Shown here in pieces: positions 11,756-24,348 of a stretch of 64,000 nucleotides of DNA. The position numbers were made by a program, and so were the translations under genes. Numbering within the stretch: the stretch's first letter is position 1; every line of letters begins with the position of its first letter. Below the pieces are notes generated by a model that saw only the letters and a list, made by a program, of their open reading frames with translations, was not told where the DNA came from and did no database searches. Source of the DNA: Podarcis cretensis (lineage: Eukaryota); assembly GCA_951804945.1 (NCBI GenBank), contig OX638152.1:37200001-37264000 (forward strand), read 5' to 3'.

Positions 11756-12817
11756 ATCCCTTTTAATTTTTTATCTTGCTTTTATATTGTTAAACACAAC
11801 CGGGGAAGAGCCAATCTCAAATTTGGCAACTTTCAGTTTGATCGACCCATGTAGAAATTTATGTCTCAAGGACTTGCTTCCTTTCACAGGACGAAAAGAA
11901 AATCTAAACAGCTCACTCGTCTGCACTAGCAGACCACTTGCCAGTCATTAACTTCCCTCTCTCAGATCTTGAGAAGCCTATAAACCTTTTTTCCTTGGAC
12001 TCATATTTGGGATTTAAAAAAAATCATTTATCTTCACTCGTGGTGCAAATTCTCCCCATCCTTCCCTACACCTCCCTCCGCTCATTTGTCTTCTTCTAAG
12101 TTGATCTCTAATTTGTTTTGCTTTTTTCAGTTTAATGGTCAAACACTGTTAATTAGACAATCTGGGAGTCTCTTTCCAAAAGAAAGAAAGAAAGAAAGAA
12201 AAAAGTGATTGGCACAGGCAATTAGACTCAAAGTGAGGGCACACCAGGTGGATAAAAGCTCCCCATTACGAGATGGCGCAAGGAGGAGGGAGGGGGAGAG
12301 AAAGGAAAGATGGAGGGGGTGAACACACATTGGCAGGCATGACAGCCTGAAAGTAGCACAGAGACAGGAGAGCCGTGCAACCAAAATTAATCACGTTCAC
12401 GGGAGAATATTGAAAGGAAATTGGGCTGCCAGGGCTTCGTTCCCACAGTGGATCAATAGCAAAAATAATCACAAGCCAAAGAGCATGAGATTACATTTAA
12501 AACAGGCAGAATAGAAAAGAACTCCCAAGGATGCAGAAGTATGGAAAAACTTAATCTTTTTGCAATTATTGGTCATGGGGGCTCAAAGGTCTTATGGCAC
12601 ATAAAGTGGCCTAGAGACGCCAATGTGTGGTCTGTCACAAAGAGATGCACGTAGAGGCAGTAAAAGTTCGGGAGGGTTTTTTCTCTCCAGTACTGGCCAG
12701 AATTGCAAAAACCAGAACCTCACAGATCCCCAGTTCCACCTCAAAGCTCGTCACTACTTGTCCAGTTCTGATGGTCCCGGCCAGTTGCTTACAAAATTGA
12801 CCAACTCTTTGTTTTGC

Positions 12818-13330
12818 TTTTTTTAAAAAAATAATATTTATTACTTTTAAAACTTACAAAAAAGAAAAAGAAGAAAGAAGACAAAAGAAAAAAAACAAAA
12901 AGAGAAAAAACAATACAATACAATATATAAACTATACAAAACACAACCTTAACACATTAAACTAAACACAATAAACAAAACAAAACAATACAAAAACAAT
13001 TTAAAAGCATACATCATACCTTTTCCATATTCTATCTTTCATTCCCTTGTTTCATCGACCTCCTCTCACCTCCCTTTTTGTATTCCACTTCTATTAGTTG
13101 TCTCAGCAATTCCTTTCCCTCTATTTTCCTTTCTTTCTCTATTTTCTGTCATATAAATGTCTTAACATATTTTTAATCTTATTTTCCATTAAAACTAGTA
13201 TACTTATTTAAGCTTAACTCCTTAAAACATTTCCACTAAGGCCATAAAATTTCATTCCAACATTTTTCTATCACTCATTAATTTTACAATATTTCTATAT
13301 ATAAACTTTAAATTTTCCAATCTTCTTCCA
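12818..13330 (-). mobile_element. L1-type LINE 3' end (5'-truncated)
   Basis: Reverse strand has a purine-rich then T-rich 3'UTR ending in AATAAA and an A tail (T run near 12818). Composition is typical of squamate L1 3' ends. Confidence 0.55.
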
Positions 13331-13409
13331 ACTCTTTGTTTTGCTTTTAACACAAAAGTTAAAGGCAATTGAGGAATCATTGCACACACCCACAGGGTTT
13401 GCATGGCAT

Positions 13410-13646
13410 GAGAGCCAGTGTGGTGTAGTGGTTGAGAGCGGTAGGCTCGTAATCTGGTGAACCGGGTTGGCGTCCCCACTCCTCCACATGCAGCTGCTGG
13501 GTGACCTTGGGCTAGTCACACTTCTCTGAAGTCTCTCAGCTTCACTCACCTCACAGAGTGTTTGTTGTGGGGGAGGAAGGGAAAGGAGGTTGTTAGCCGC
13601 TTTGAGACTCCTTCGGGTAGTGATAAAGCAGGATATCAAATCCAAA
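13410..13646 (+). mobile_element. Full-length Squam3-type SINE
   Basis: GAGAGCCAGTGTGGTGTAGTGGTT A-box head, CORE-like GGGTGACCTTGGGCTAGTCAC, 3' GATATCAAATCCAAAC. Confidence 0.9.
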
Positions 13647-13760
13647 CTACTACTACTACTACTACTCCTCCTCCTCCTCCTCCTCCTCCTCTTCTTCTTC
13701 TTCTTCTTCTTCTTCTTCTTCTTCTTCTTCTTCTTCTTCTTCTTCTTCTTCTTCTTCTTT
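13647..13760. repeat. Compound trinucleotide microsatellite (CTA)6(CTC)9(TTC)22 forming the SINE tail
   Basis: Counted directly; explains the poly-K/L/F pseudo-ORFs. Confidence 0.95.
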
Positions 13761-14984
13761 AGATTCATCAGGATAGGTTTAGAGGATAGGCACTAAACCA
13801 GACCAAACAGTACAGCAACAGCCCTAATGTAAGAACATAAGGCCCATCTTAGTTCAACATCCAGTTCTCATGGTGGCCATCCAGATTCCTGTGGGATACC
13901 CACAAACAGGACCCAATCACAGGTCCACAGGGCACACGGTAGATTCGGGTTCCCTTGGCCTCCAGGGAGGCTTTTCAAGCTGCTGCAGGAGGGAGAAAGA
14001 GCCACTTTATTTTCTTACTGCGAACGTCCTTGAGTTAACTTTGGACATAAAACCTATGGGATGCGTTTGAGATGCTCCTTAAAGAGCAGGGAAGTGGCGA
14101 GCCTGGGAATATCTGAAGGAAATGAGTTCCAAACTGTAAAAAAGCAACATCAACAAGCTGATATTGTGCATCAAACTGCAAAGCTGAATCTAGAAGCTGG
14201 GCACCAGTTCTGAAATTATACATAAACGGTTTATTTTAGTGGATTTGTATGCCTGCATAGATAGCAAGTCCACTGGTGTTAAAGTACATTTCAGCTTAGC
14301 AGTTGCTTAATATTTCTAAACTGCATTAATATCTTTGAAGATACCACTAAAACCTTTATTGGTTCTTTTATTCAGGTTTCGTGTGGCATCCTTCTGTTAG
14401 TTTGTTTTCCATCTAAATTGAAACATCTTTTATTGTTTGTGGTTTTTATTCTTTGATAACCCTAATATTGCTTTTTTGGTTGCAAAGTTAGCTTCAGGGC
14501 TTTCCCCCATTTTTTTAATGGAAAGGCAAGACAACGCATTTATTTAAGTATATTAACCCTTTTATTGGAGATGAGCAGAACTATTTATTGTTCACAAAAG
14601 TATGGGCAAGGAATAGCAGAGATCTACAGTCTACAAGCACCTGCTAGTGAAGATCACCAGACCACTTTTTCTAATGAAGTTCAGTGCAGACCACAACTTT
14701 CTTTTTATTTTAGAAGTATTTTAAATCAATGTGCAAGTCTTTTGGGGTTCGTATTTTGTGCTCCTTTATTGCCTGTTGCTTTTGCTGCTGTTCAGATATA
14801 TTAAAAAGTTTTACATGGTTTCAGGTGCTTTAAAAAAAAAGGCAGAAGGGGAAAGGCATACGCTTCATAAAACATAGATATACTAGGTAGCCGCGGGGCA
14901 AGATATTTGTTACAAAACACAAATTTCCAATTATGTCACTAATCACTGAGTAATCAGTACAAGCTTCAACATTAATTAATAATA

Positions 14985-15068
14985 CAATCCTAATGACATT
15001 ATGCTAAAGTCCTATGCCGTTTGAGACACAAAACTGAATAGGACCTCTGCATAATGTCATTAGGATTG
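14985..15068. repeat. 84-bp hairpin / short palindromic element
   Basis: Perfect 20-bp arms CAATCCTAATGACATTATGC (14985-15004) and GCATAATGTCATTAGGATTG (15049-15068), plus inner GTCCTAT/ATAGGAC pairing. Confidence 0.85.
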
Positions 15069-15950
15069 ATTTGCACTCTGAGATGAGAGTTAGCTAGACA
15101 AAGCAGGAAATCTATGGCTGGTTCATATGCATGTCTAAATCACTTGATTTCTGATCACTTGATTCATTGCAACCAGCTCCATTAGGAGCCACTTTTGCCC
15201 TTTTCAAGCATTTAAAATCACCCCGTTGCATGGGGACATATTGTGGAATGGCCCTTACTGGCCTGCCATGATCCTGCACCATAAGCACATTGGGGGAATA
15301 CTTCCAACAAGGAAACCCACCTGAGATGTGTAGGCTCTCTCTGTGATCTGGAGTCCTACAGCTGGCAGGAGTCAAAGCAGCAATGACAGGACCAGAAGAC
15401 AGTATCTGGTTCTCTTCCTTGTAATGCTGTGATTTTAACACCTCAATAGAACTTTGGTCTGCCCTCCAGATGTTGTTGGGATCATAAAGGCCATCAGCCC
15501 CAGCCAGCAGTGTGTTGTAGTCCAACAACATCTGGAAGGCAACAGGTTGGTGAAGCCTTGTTTAAGGAATGCGAGAAATTAAAATTCCCACACATAACAG
15601 AAGTCACCATTGATGCATCAGTCATGAAGTGTTGACCATTCATATGGGAACCATCCCGTAGGCTTAGGCTGAAACCCTCCATCAACATCGCTCCCTCCTT
15701 CATTGATTTGAGGATTAGCCAGATGCACTCACCTGCAAGCTGGTTACTGCCTCATCCTCCAGACAAATCTGTTTATCATGCTGAAAATAAGACACACCCA
15801 TGTGTACTTTCTTCTTCCCGTGTGTTTCTTGTTATGTTGGCCAGTTTGAGGGTGCAAGCTGGTGGGGAGAGATTCATTCAATTCAGAGTGCTTTACAGGA
15901 CCGTAGAGGTTATGAACACAGAATTACATCAATATCACATTTTCCATCTA

Positions 15951-16171
15951 AGGTTCCCAACGTGGGGCACACGCCCCACAGGGGGGCAATTTGATTTTTA
16001 AGGAGGGAAATTTGAGAATGAGTTATTAACAGTGAGTGGCCTTTTAGGCTTCTTCCAAGTGAATAGGAGTTCACTTTTTGAATAATAAGAATTATATGTC
16101 CGGGAGTGGGGGCATCAGGATTTTAGAGATGCTCAGGTGGGGCATAGCCAAAAAAAGGTTGGGAACCACTG
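15951..16171. mobile_element. hAT-type MITE with eroded left end
   Basis: GGTTCCCAA.. left end and GGTTGGGAACCACTG right end, followed by ATCTAGAA (hAT-like target). Confidence 0.6.
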
Positions 16172-17379
16172 ATCTAGAAGGTGCTTGAAGCAATATTGTC
16201 ACAACAGAAGACTTGCAATTAAACAAAAGACACATGCATTTAAATCTTTTAAAGTATTTAACCCTCTTGAACTTTGCAGCCCCCACAATGCTGCCTCTTC
16301 CCCCGCACAAGCCTTTTAAGAGAAACCTTAAACACTGGTCAGGAGGGGTTGTGGACCAGTGTTTTCAGGCAAGAGTGCAGCAGCTGAAAGGAGTTTGAAA
16401 CTTCGATTTTAAAAAAAGCTCTTGAAAAGGAAGGACGGCTCTTTAGCACAAAGGAAGGGAAAGAAAGAGATGAGGCCTGCTTGAAGAAGAGCCATGCCCT
16501 TGCAATACATAGTAATGCCTGTGCTCTTGAGACAATGAGAGGAATGTCACGGCCTTCACCTCTCAGTTGAACTCTTCATTATGGGACAGTTGACAGAGCT
16601 GCAGCTTTCCTTCTAAGATTCTAAGATTTAATTTATGATACAAGCTGTGGGACAAGATGTTTAACTGAAACTAATGAGAGGATGCGGACTGAAATCAATA
16701 GCTTAGGTGAGCCGGGGCTTTTGTTCCGTCCAGCCTTTCTTCTTTTCCATTGTGTTACCCCATATATATTAGGTATTGACTACTGCTGCTGAAGGCAAAC
16801 ATTTCAAATAACTCGAAATGAAACAGACAGCTTACTCTGTCCAGATGCCAATACGTCTTTTACTCAGGCATCTTTCACAAAAGCACAGAGCCAGGCATGA
16901 GTTTTGAGGGTGCGGATAGACATATAGATTTACTTCAAAATTCAGTACACGATTCATATGCAGCACAAGTTTTTAGAAGAGTGGCCTGGTTAGTCTATTG
17001 CAACACAAACAATGGAAAACCTGTTGCATCCTAGCATTTTATTGCAGTCTTGTAGATTGTGGCCCAACTTTGTCAGATAAAATGGTCTCGACTAGTGCTT
17101 CTCAAGCTATCTGAACATTCAGGTAGGACTATTTGAGGGTGCAGGTAGCTACAGAGGGAAGTAGGAGCCAGGGAAATTTTCCTTCTGTGAACTTCCCTTC
17201 TGCGAAATTTTCTTAGAACTGGTCTGCGGACCACCCCTTTGAGTAGCACTGGCCTGAACAATCAAAGGTAGGAACTATCACATACTAAAACCAACTTGAA
17301 TGAAGTTTCGTCACATTCAGCATCTACATCCAGGCTAAGTTGCAAATTTTGGATTCACTGAGACTTAGTGCCCCATCAG

Positions 17380-18600
17380 AGGTAAGTGCATGTTGGTACT
17401 TACTGTGTTAAGTTCCTTCTCCATAGGGAAGAAGGGCGTCCTGTGTGGGTTGCCACTACCCATTCTCAGCAAGGGCCATGGCAGTGTGCAGACAGCTCTG
17501 ACTTTAACAATGGCAGGCAGATGCCAACGCCATTCTGGCCAGTGACCCCTTCGAAGGTGACAAGCTATTTGGGGAGGGGCTGGAAGACACCCTGGCAGAG
17601 ACCATGTTAACTCTGAAGTAAGGAATGAAAGGCTAAGAGGGGAAATTATTCCTCCTTTGGCGCCTACAAAGTCTCCTTCAACAACAAGGCCTAGAAGTCC
17701 TCTGGGTGGGCAGGTGGGGTTCTTCTCAAACAGAAACCAGAATAACCAGAACTCCTTCTTCAACAGGCCTTAAGATAGTTACTACAAGAGGCAGCAACAG
17801 ACCTGACTCCGACCAGCTTCCAGGGAAGGGGGGGAGCTGCAGCACTTACTCAGTTACTGGAGGCCACAACTACCGTATTTTTCGCCCTATAGGACACACT
17901 TTTTCCCTTCCAAAAATGAAGGGGAAATGTGTGTGCGTCCTATGGGGCGAATGCAGGCTTTCGCTGAAGCCTGGAGAGCGAGAGGGGTCGGTGCACACCG
18001 ACCCCTCTCACTCTCCAGGCTTTGCGCAGCTCTCCGCAAGGCGCGGGAGCCCGGCGCTGGGCTCCCGCGCCTTGCGGAGAGTTGCCTGCATGCTGAAGGC
18101 TGGGCGCGCTGAGCTCAGCATGCCCAGACTTCGTGCAGCTCTCCGCAAAGTGCGGGAGCCCAGCGCGGGCTCCCACGGCTTGCAGAGAGTTGCCTGTTCT
18201 GTTGGTCCCAGCCCCACACCTGGGGGGGGGAATAATTTTTTCCCCTTTATTTCCCCCTAAAAAAACTAGGTGCGCCTTATGGGACGGCGCGTCCTATAGG
18301 GCGAAAAATACGGTACATACCGGTGGTTGCTCAGCACCATCCACCAGGATTACAGGATAGAATTTGACCAGCTACTCCCTCCCCATTTCCCCCCTTTGCT
18401 CCTGATGCTTCAGGCACTCCAGCATTTGCTGGATATCAGGGCAACAGAGCATGTGGCAGAACCACAGAGGGGATCTGGCTGCTACTCTATTTTGTTAATG
18501 TTTCCAAAGGAGGTGTAAAAATGGAAGGCCATTCTGGATCGTAAGAGGGTCAATCAGTATTTGAACCAGGACATCTGCTCAGACTCTCTTCAACAAGTTG
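17380..18600 (+). mobile_element. Decayed DIRS-type retrotransposon fragment (gag end / RT start), interrupted by a MITE
   Basis: GELQHLLSYW.. before the MITE. After it: RWLLSTIHQDYRIEF..LLDIRATEHV..RGSGCYSILLMFPK..WKAILDRKRVNQYL, matching the DIRS RT pattern WVL.TI..GY.LEF..LL..GAIE.V..GFYS.LFLVPK..G.RPILDL..LN. Upstream LFGEGL motif. Boundaries approximate. Confidence 0.7.
17873..18313. mobile_element. Tc1/mariner-superfamily (Tc2/pogo-like, CCGTA ends) MITE
   Basis: Perfect 23-bp TIRs CCGTATTTTTCGCCCTATAGGAC / GTCCTATAGGGCGAAAAATACGG, TA duplication, CpG-rich interior. Confidence 0.9.
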
Positions 18601-19192
18601 AAAGTATATAAGAGCCCCTAGTGTCTACAAAACCACAGCTTTGTAGTGAACATGGGGGGGGGGGACTTAGCATGGATCATGGTGCACCGGGCAGCAGTGA
18701 TAGACACCAAGTAGGGCATGGTTAGCCTTCATGCAGAGCACACAGCCAAGATTTGGAGGACAGTCCGACAGGTCCTGAGAGCAAAGAGCACGGACACCCT
18801 TCAGCTGGCCCAACTACAGGGGCCCATGAAAGATAAATGTGCATTCAATCATCTTAATACATGACAACCTAATAGTCTTCAGAGTTTATTGATTTTCCAT
18901 TTGGTCTAATACCTACCCTTGAAAGCATGAGTGGGGAAAATGTTAGACAACAATTCTTGTTTTATTGTGGATCATTCTGATTTGATTGTTGTGGATAGCC
19001 ACATTTCCCTGTATGACGGACATCATACATGGGGCACATTTGAAAATCTACTGAATTAAAAATAAATTCTTCAGTCTGATTCCAACAACTGCACCATTGG
19101 CAGATCCTCATGTTGGCTGCCGTGGATGAGAGCTGCCAACCATTGACCTGCCATTTTATGGAGAAAGTTCACATTACAACCCGTGACAAATA

Positions 19193-19418
19193 CAGTGGTA
19201 CCTCGGGTTAAGTACTTAATTCGTTCCGGAGGTCTATTCTTAACCTGAAACTGTTCTTAACCTGAAGCACCACTTTAGCTAATGGGGCCTCCTGCTGCTG
19301 CCACGCCGCTGGAGCACGATTTCTGTTCTTATCCTGAAGCAAAGTTCTTAACCCGAGGTACTATTTCTGGGTTAGTGGAGTCTGTAACCTGAAGCGTATG
19401 TAACCCAAGCTACCACTG
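19193..19418. mobile_element. Tc1/mariner MITE, family A
   Basis: TA-CAGTGGTACCTCGGGTTA...TACCACTG; opposite orientation to the 7702 copy. Confidence 0.9.
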
Positions 19419-21720
19419 CATTACAAACAAATCTAACAAGGTATAGTATACAGTTGCTTCAAGAATGGAGTTTGGGGCTATCAATGTTATTTTTACTGTG
19501 GGCTCATGAAAGCCCCACGTTTCAGTAACTTGTTTAAAGAGTAAGTTGCCAACTTTCCACCTGGTACACCTGGTACATTACTCATCATCTATATCAACTG
19601 ATAGCATTAAGATTTAGCAGTCTATTCTAACTTAAGAGAATGGATCTGATTTCTCTTTTATATTGGGTTCTTGAAAACCATGAACTGAGTTGTTTCAAAT
19701 ACTTGTTTGAATAGCTTCATAGTATTATTACAACTCAACTTTTAATTGCTAACAGAAGATGAAATGCCCAACTCTCTTCTAAGCCAAAAGTAGTATGTGT
19801 TAAGAGTGCTATCTAGTGGACACCTCCTCTGAAGATGAAACCAGAATGAGTGCTAGCTTTTCCTTAAGAAAACTGAAATGCCAGCCACCAAGACAAGGAC
19901 TAAAAAGATGCAAAGTGATTTAAGCTGGGCAAGAAGTCCACACACACAGATCACATCCCTACAAGGATTCGGACAGAGAAAGTGAAGTGCTACAATGCTG
20001 GAGGAACCAGATAATAGAAGAGAATAAAACAATTGTATCTCATCAGTGATCCCATTCTCAGAGAAAGAAGCCAGTTATTCTATATACAGTTGTCACTAGA
20101 CAATTTATGAGGTAGTCCCAGACACACTATAACATACTATTGTTACATATCCCCAGTCTTATAAAACAAAACGAATCCTATTTTGCTCATCAAACTTGAG
20201 TTCTCAAATAGGCCCCCATGCCACAAAGGAAGACACTTTTGAAACTGATACGCCTTTTAAAAGTAGTCTGTGTTATGGCATGGTGGTCTGTTGTTTAAAG
20301 GCGGAAATGCGAAGTCCTCAAGTATGTCTATCATCGCTCTTCGGAGTCTGACCGTTATGTTTTTTAAGGAACCTATTATGCAAATGGTGTATTCACTCAA
20401 CATACAAGGACTATAACTGCAACTTTAACTATAACAGGAACACAATTCCTATGCAAAACCAATGGAAACTCACAATTGTTATGCAAACACACACACATGA
20501 ACTTGAGAACATGATTATAAGTCCAGTGGTACAGAAGTTTCCTGGATATCAACATATTATTTAAAAACTGTTCATCTTCACAAGTCCATATAAATAATAT
20601 CAAATCCATCCATTTGCAGGTTAACTGTGGAAATGACACGATGCTTGGGTAAAACAAGTTAATAAACACACTCCAAGATAATGTATGATTCTGTTAACAT
20701 TTTTATAAAATACCTTACAAGAACAGATAAAGTAATTTGAGGTTACATAATATTCAGAATTGAAAAAAGAATGTTGAATAAAATAGGAATTGATCACATC
20801 ACTATGTTTGCCACGTTAGACAAGTTTATAAAAAGGCTTTTTTTCAGATAAAATAGTTATTTAGAAGATAAACCTTCAAAAATGAAAACTATTGCAGTCC
20901 TTTCAAGAAACCAGTCCTAGAAGCACTATGTTCCAGGTCAAGAGGCAGTACCTGATTAAAAACACACTTATCTGCTTCCAAGTTTGTCAAGCTTTTAAGA
21001 CACAAATTAAAATATTTACCAGGTCAGTGCAAAGTAAAGCTTCAAGCTGGAAATATGATTCTGGTACAAATAAATTCACATTATGAAAAATACTCAAGCA
21101 CACACATGGGATTTAAGCAAACCTGGCACAAGACTAGTTGGCTATTTGAGGACACTGATCAAGCACTAAAACAGCAGCTCATTTAACAGACATTGAGTTT
21201 GCTTGCATTACATATTGTCTGCATTGTCGATGTGCCCCATCATCTGAGTCAGCAATTTTAGAATTCTTTAGCAGAAAGCTGACACTATGATGAAATGAAT
21301 AATTAAAGCTCTTGAGTGAGTCTTGGATGTAGGAACAGGACCACCATTCTGAGTAGCTTAAATACCTCTGAAATCGATTGAGAATTATGTGCTACCAAAC
21401 ACAACAGTGTGCTTAAATATGTGTGAATATTTGTATGAACAAGCCCTTTTTCTGTGGCAATGTAGAGACCTTGTTCAGAACAGAACTCTTGCCATATTAT
21501 TCTGCTAATTCATGAGCAATAACCAAACCATCAGAGAGCTAATTTTGCATGGCTATATTATTAAGAATGCTTTTCAGGACCATTCTGTCATCCATGGGAT
21601 GACTTAGATTGAGTAGGCATTAATGTGGACATTCTTCACTGGGATATGATGGCCTTGTAACCTCTTCAAAGACTTTATGAATCCTAGATTCATTAGATCC
21701 AGACTTGGGACAGTTTATGA

Positions 21721-21846
21721 CAGGCTTCCTCAACCTCGGCCATCCAGATGTTTTTGGCCTCCAACTCCTATGATCCCTAGCTAGCAGGACAAGTAGCCAG
21801 GGATGATGGGAGTTGTAGTCTCAAAACATATGGAGGGCTGAGTTGA
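21721..21846. mobile_element. hAT-type palindromic MITE, right end truncated (same family as 8414)
   Basis: CAGGCTTCCTCAACCTCGGCCATCCAGATG...GGAGGGCTGAGTTGA. Confidence 0.8.
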
Positions 21847-21963
21847 CACATTCTTTCACAAGCCTTCATCTACTGGAATTAGTCCAAGTCATCCCAGTAA
21901 CACAAAACACCACACTGTGCAGTTTAGGAGGGTAGAAAAGGTACTTTTCCTAAATACCCATAC

Positions 21964-22315
21964 CAGTGGTTCCCAAAGTGGGCAGTACTGCCTGCAAAGG
22001 GATGGTGGAATTACCTAGCGTGGGCATTATGAGGCAAGGGGATGCTGAAGGAATATATGACTGTCAGACTTTGTAAAGCAGGCATCACTGGATCAAATGC
22101 ATCAATTTTTTTTACTTTAAATAATTTAATTGGATTCTGAATAAATGTGTAATTAATCATTACTGTTTTGAATTATATTGTATTATTCTCTTCCTTTGTA
22201 GGTTGTGCATGCCACTATTTTGAATAATGCTTTTTATAGGGTAGGGTAGGAGGGCGCTGAGGCTGAGTTTATGGAACCCAGAGGGTGGTGCCCCCAAACA
22301 GTTTGGGAACCACTG
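21964..22315. mobile_element. hAT-type non-autonomous element
   Basis: TIRs CAGTGGTTCCCAAA / TTTGGGAACCACTG. 8-bp TSD ACCCATAC / ACCTATAC (7/8). Confidence 0.85.
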
Positions 22316-24348
22316 ACCTATACTAAAAACAATGGTCTCTACTGCAATTGAAAGTCTTGTGCTACGACAAGTAGTCCTTTCCCTCTTTATAATATATTAC
22401 TCTTTTAAAATGGCAGAATATAACTTGTGTTTTCTGTAGGAAAATTGCAGCTTTTTAACTTAGCAGCACATCAACAAGGTTCTTATGAATTAGAAGGCTC
22501 AAAACCAGTCTTAATGATCCTTTTCGGGACTTATCAATAAGTCTCTTTATGAGGAGCAAAGAGATAGCCAAGTATGATTGCACAGAATTACAATTTGAAC
22601 AGTTTAGAAGTGGGTATGTCACGTTCAGATCTTTATGAAAGAATATAGGATATAAAAATTGGAATTCCAATATAAATTATATTTAAAATTTGTCACCATA
22701 AATGAGCTAGAGCGCCAAAATCAAATCAAGTAGTTGTGACAATGAGTTGCTAGGTGAAGATCTTCTCAAAACTGGCCCAAGGAAAAGGGCTGAGGATGAG
22801 CACCACAAACTGAGATGTCCCTGATCTTGCCTAATCCGATTTCTGGAAAATGGATCACAGCCTTAATTTTGGAGACCTGGTTCCTGATTCCCTCCTTGCA
22901 ATATTTTTTTCCACTAGTCTATATTCAACCAGGAACAGGAATTCCTCTGAATGATTGCATCAGTTTTTATAAGGTCACAACAGCTTCATTGGATGTTGAA
23001 CCACTAGGCCAGGTGATGTTGGGCATGTCACATATGGTGGCTGGGCTGAAGAGATAGGTGCCTTATATTGGCTCTAAACCAGGGGCAAGGAAACTTTGAA
23101 CATCTAGAAAAGGAGTGGGGAACCCTCAGGCTCCCTATCTGGCCTTGGGACTCTCCCTGGACCCTTCCTTCCTCAGACCACACCCCTCACTGGACCTGCT
23201 CCATGCCTTCCTTGAGTGCTTGTGCTCATCTGGAATGTAGCCTTCAACAGTGACCATCTCATGCTTGCCTTGATCAAGGATGCAGATGTGTACATAAATT
23301 TCTGTCTGCATGGCTGAAATGTAGCCTATTAGTCAAAGGTAAGAGTCACATCCATTGCTTCACCACTTTTGCTGCTGCCCGACTGCTCAGAAGTATGCGG
23401 ATCCCAGGTTCCTCACATGAGAATGTAGGCCTTGGGTTGAAAAATGATCCCCACCCCTTGCTGTAGATGTTGTTGAACTCCAGCTTCCATAAGGCGAAGC
23501 CAACTTGGCCAATGATTACGGAGGAAAGGAGCTGCAGTCCAGCAACATTTGTGGAGCCACACCTTCCTCATTCCTGCTCTGAACACAATTGTAGTATCAG
23601 AGCAGTCAGTGTATTCAGACTGTATTCTTCGCAACAGCTGCATGAGCAATAGACGATATGCATTTTCCGCATCTCACATCACAGCGTGTATTCATTTGGA
23701 CCACCTGTCATTCTGGCTAAACAATGTCAGGGAGTGTATGTGAAAGTAAAGGGGGAGACTTCAATGTTGACAAGAGAAGGAAGAATGAGAGCACATGTGG
23801 ATTTTTTTCTGGAGCTTACCAATAACACTTCATTTAAGAAGTCGAAGGTCTTGATTCAGCCTGTGCTTTGGAATGTCACAGTGTGGGGCACCACTAGGAA
23901 CTCAAGGCAAACATATTTAAGGTATCTCCAAAAACGAAAATCTTGCGCAATTGGTTGATCTCGGCACTGAATGTGCTTTTAAGGTAATAATGTGAGCTTC
24001 GAAGAAATAGTGCCAGAATAATTGCATTTGGATTCAACAGTGCAAAGATTCAAAGTACCTGTGTTAATATGAACTTGTCCCCAAAGCTGTGATGAATCAG
24101 CAAATAATTCTTCACACAGGAAATTAACTGATCCCACCTTCCAGGAGTGCAATCTACCTGGTCACTGCTAATATAACTCGACACAATGGATCTATTTGGC
24201 ATGCCTGATAATATTCAAGGCATGAACATGGGCACCTTTCATCAAGCTCATCATGGAATGAAGGGCTAATCTGAAATGCATACAAATGGATTTTTAGTAT
24301 ATGTTCCAGGTACAATTTACATTTCAGGGAAACTATCATATAATGCAA

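Noticed and set aside
13295-13796. Poly-Lys/Arg, poly-Leu and poly-Phe ORFs
   Set aside because: Translations of the SINE microsatellite tail.
17706-18360. Overlapping GC-rich ORFs suggesting a gene or CpG-island promoter
   Set aside because: They lie largely within a TIR/TA-bounded MITE whose GC-rich palindromes lack stop codons.
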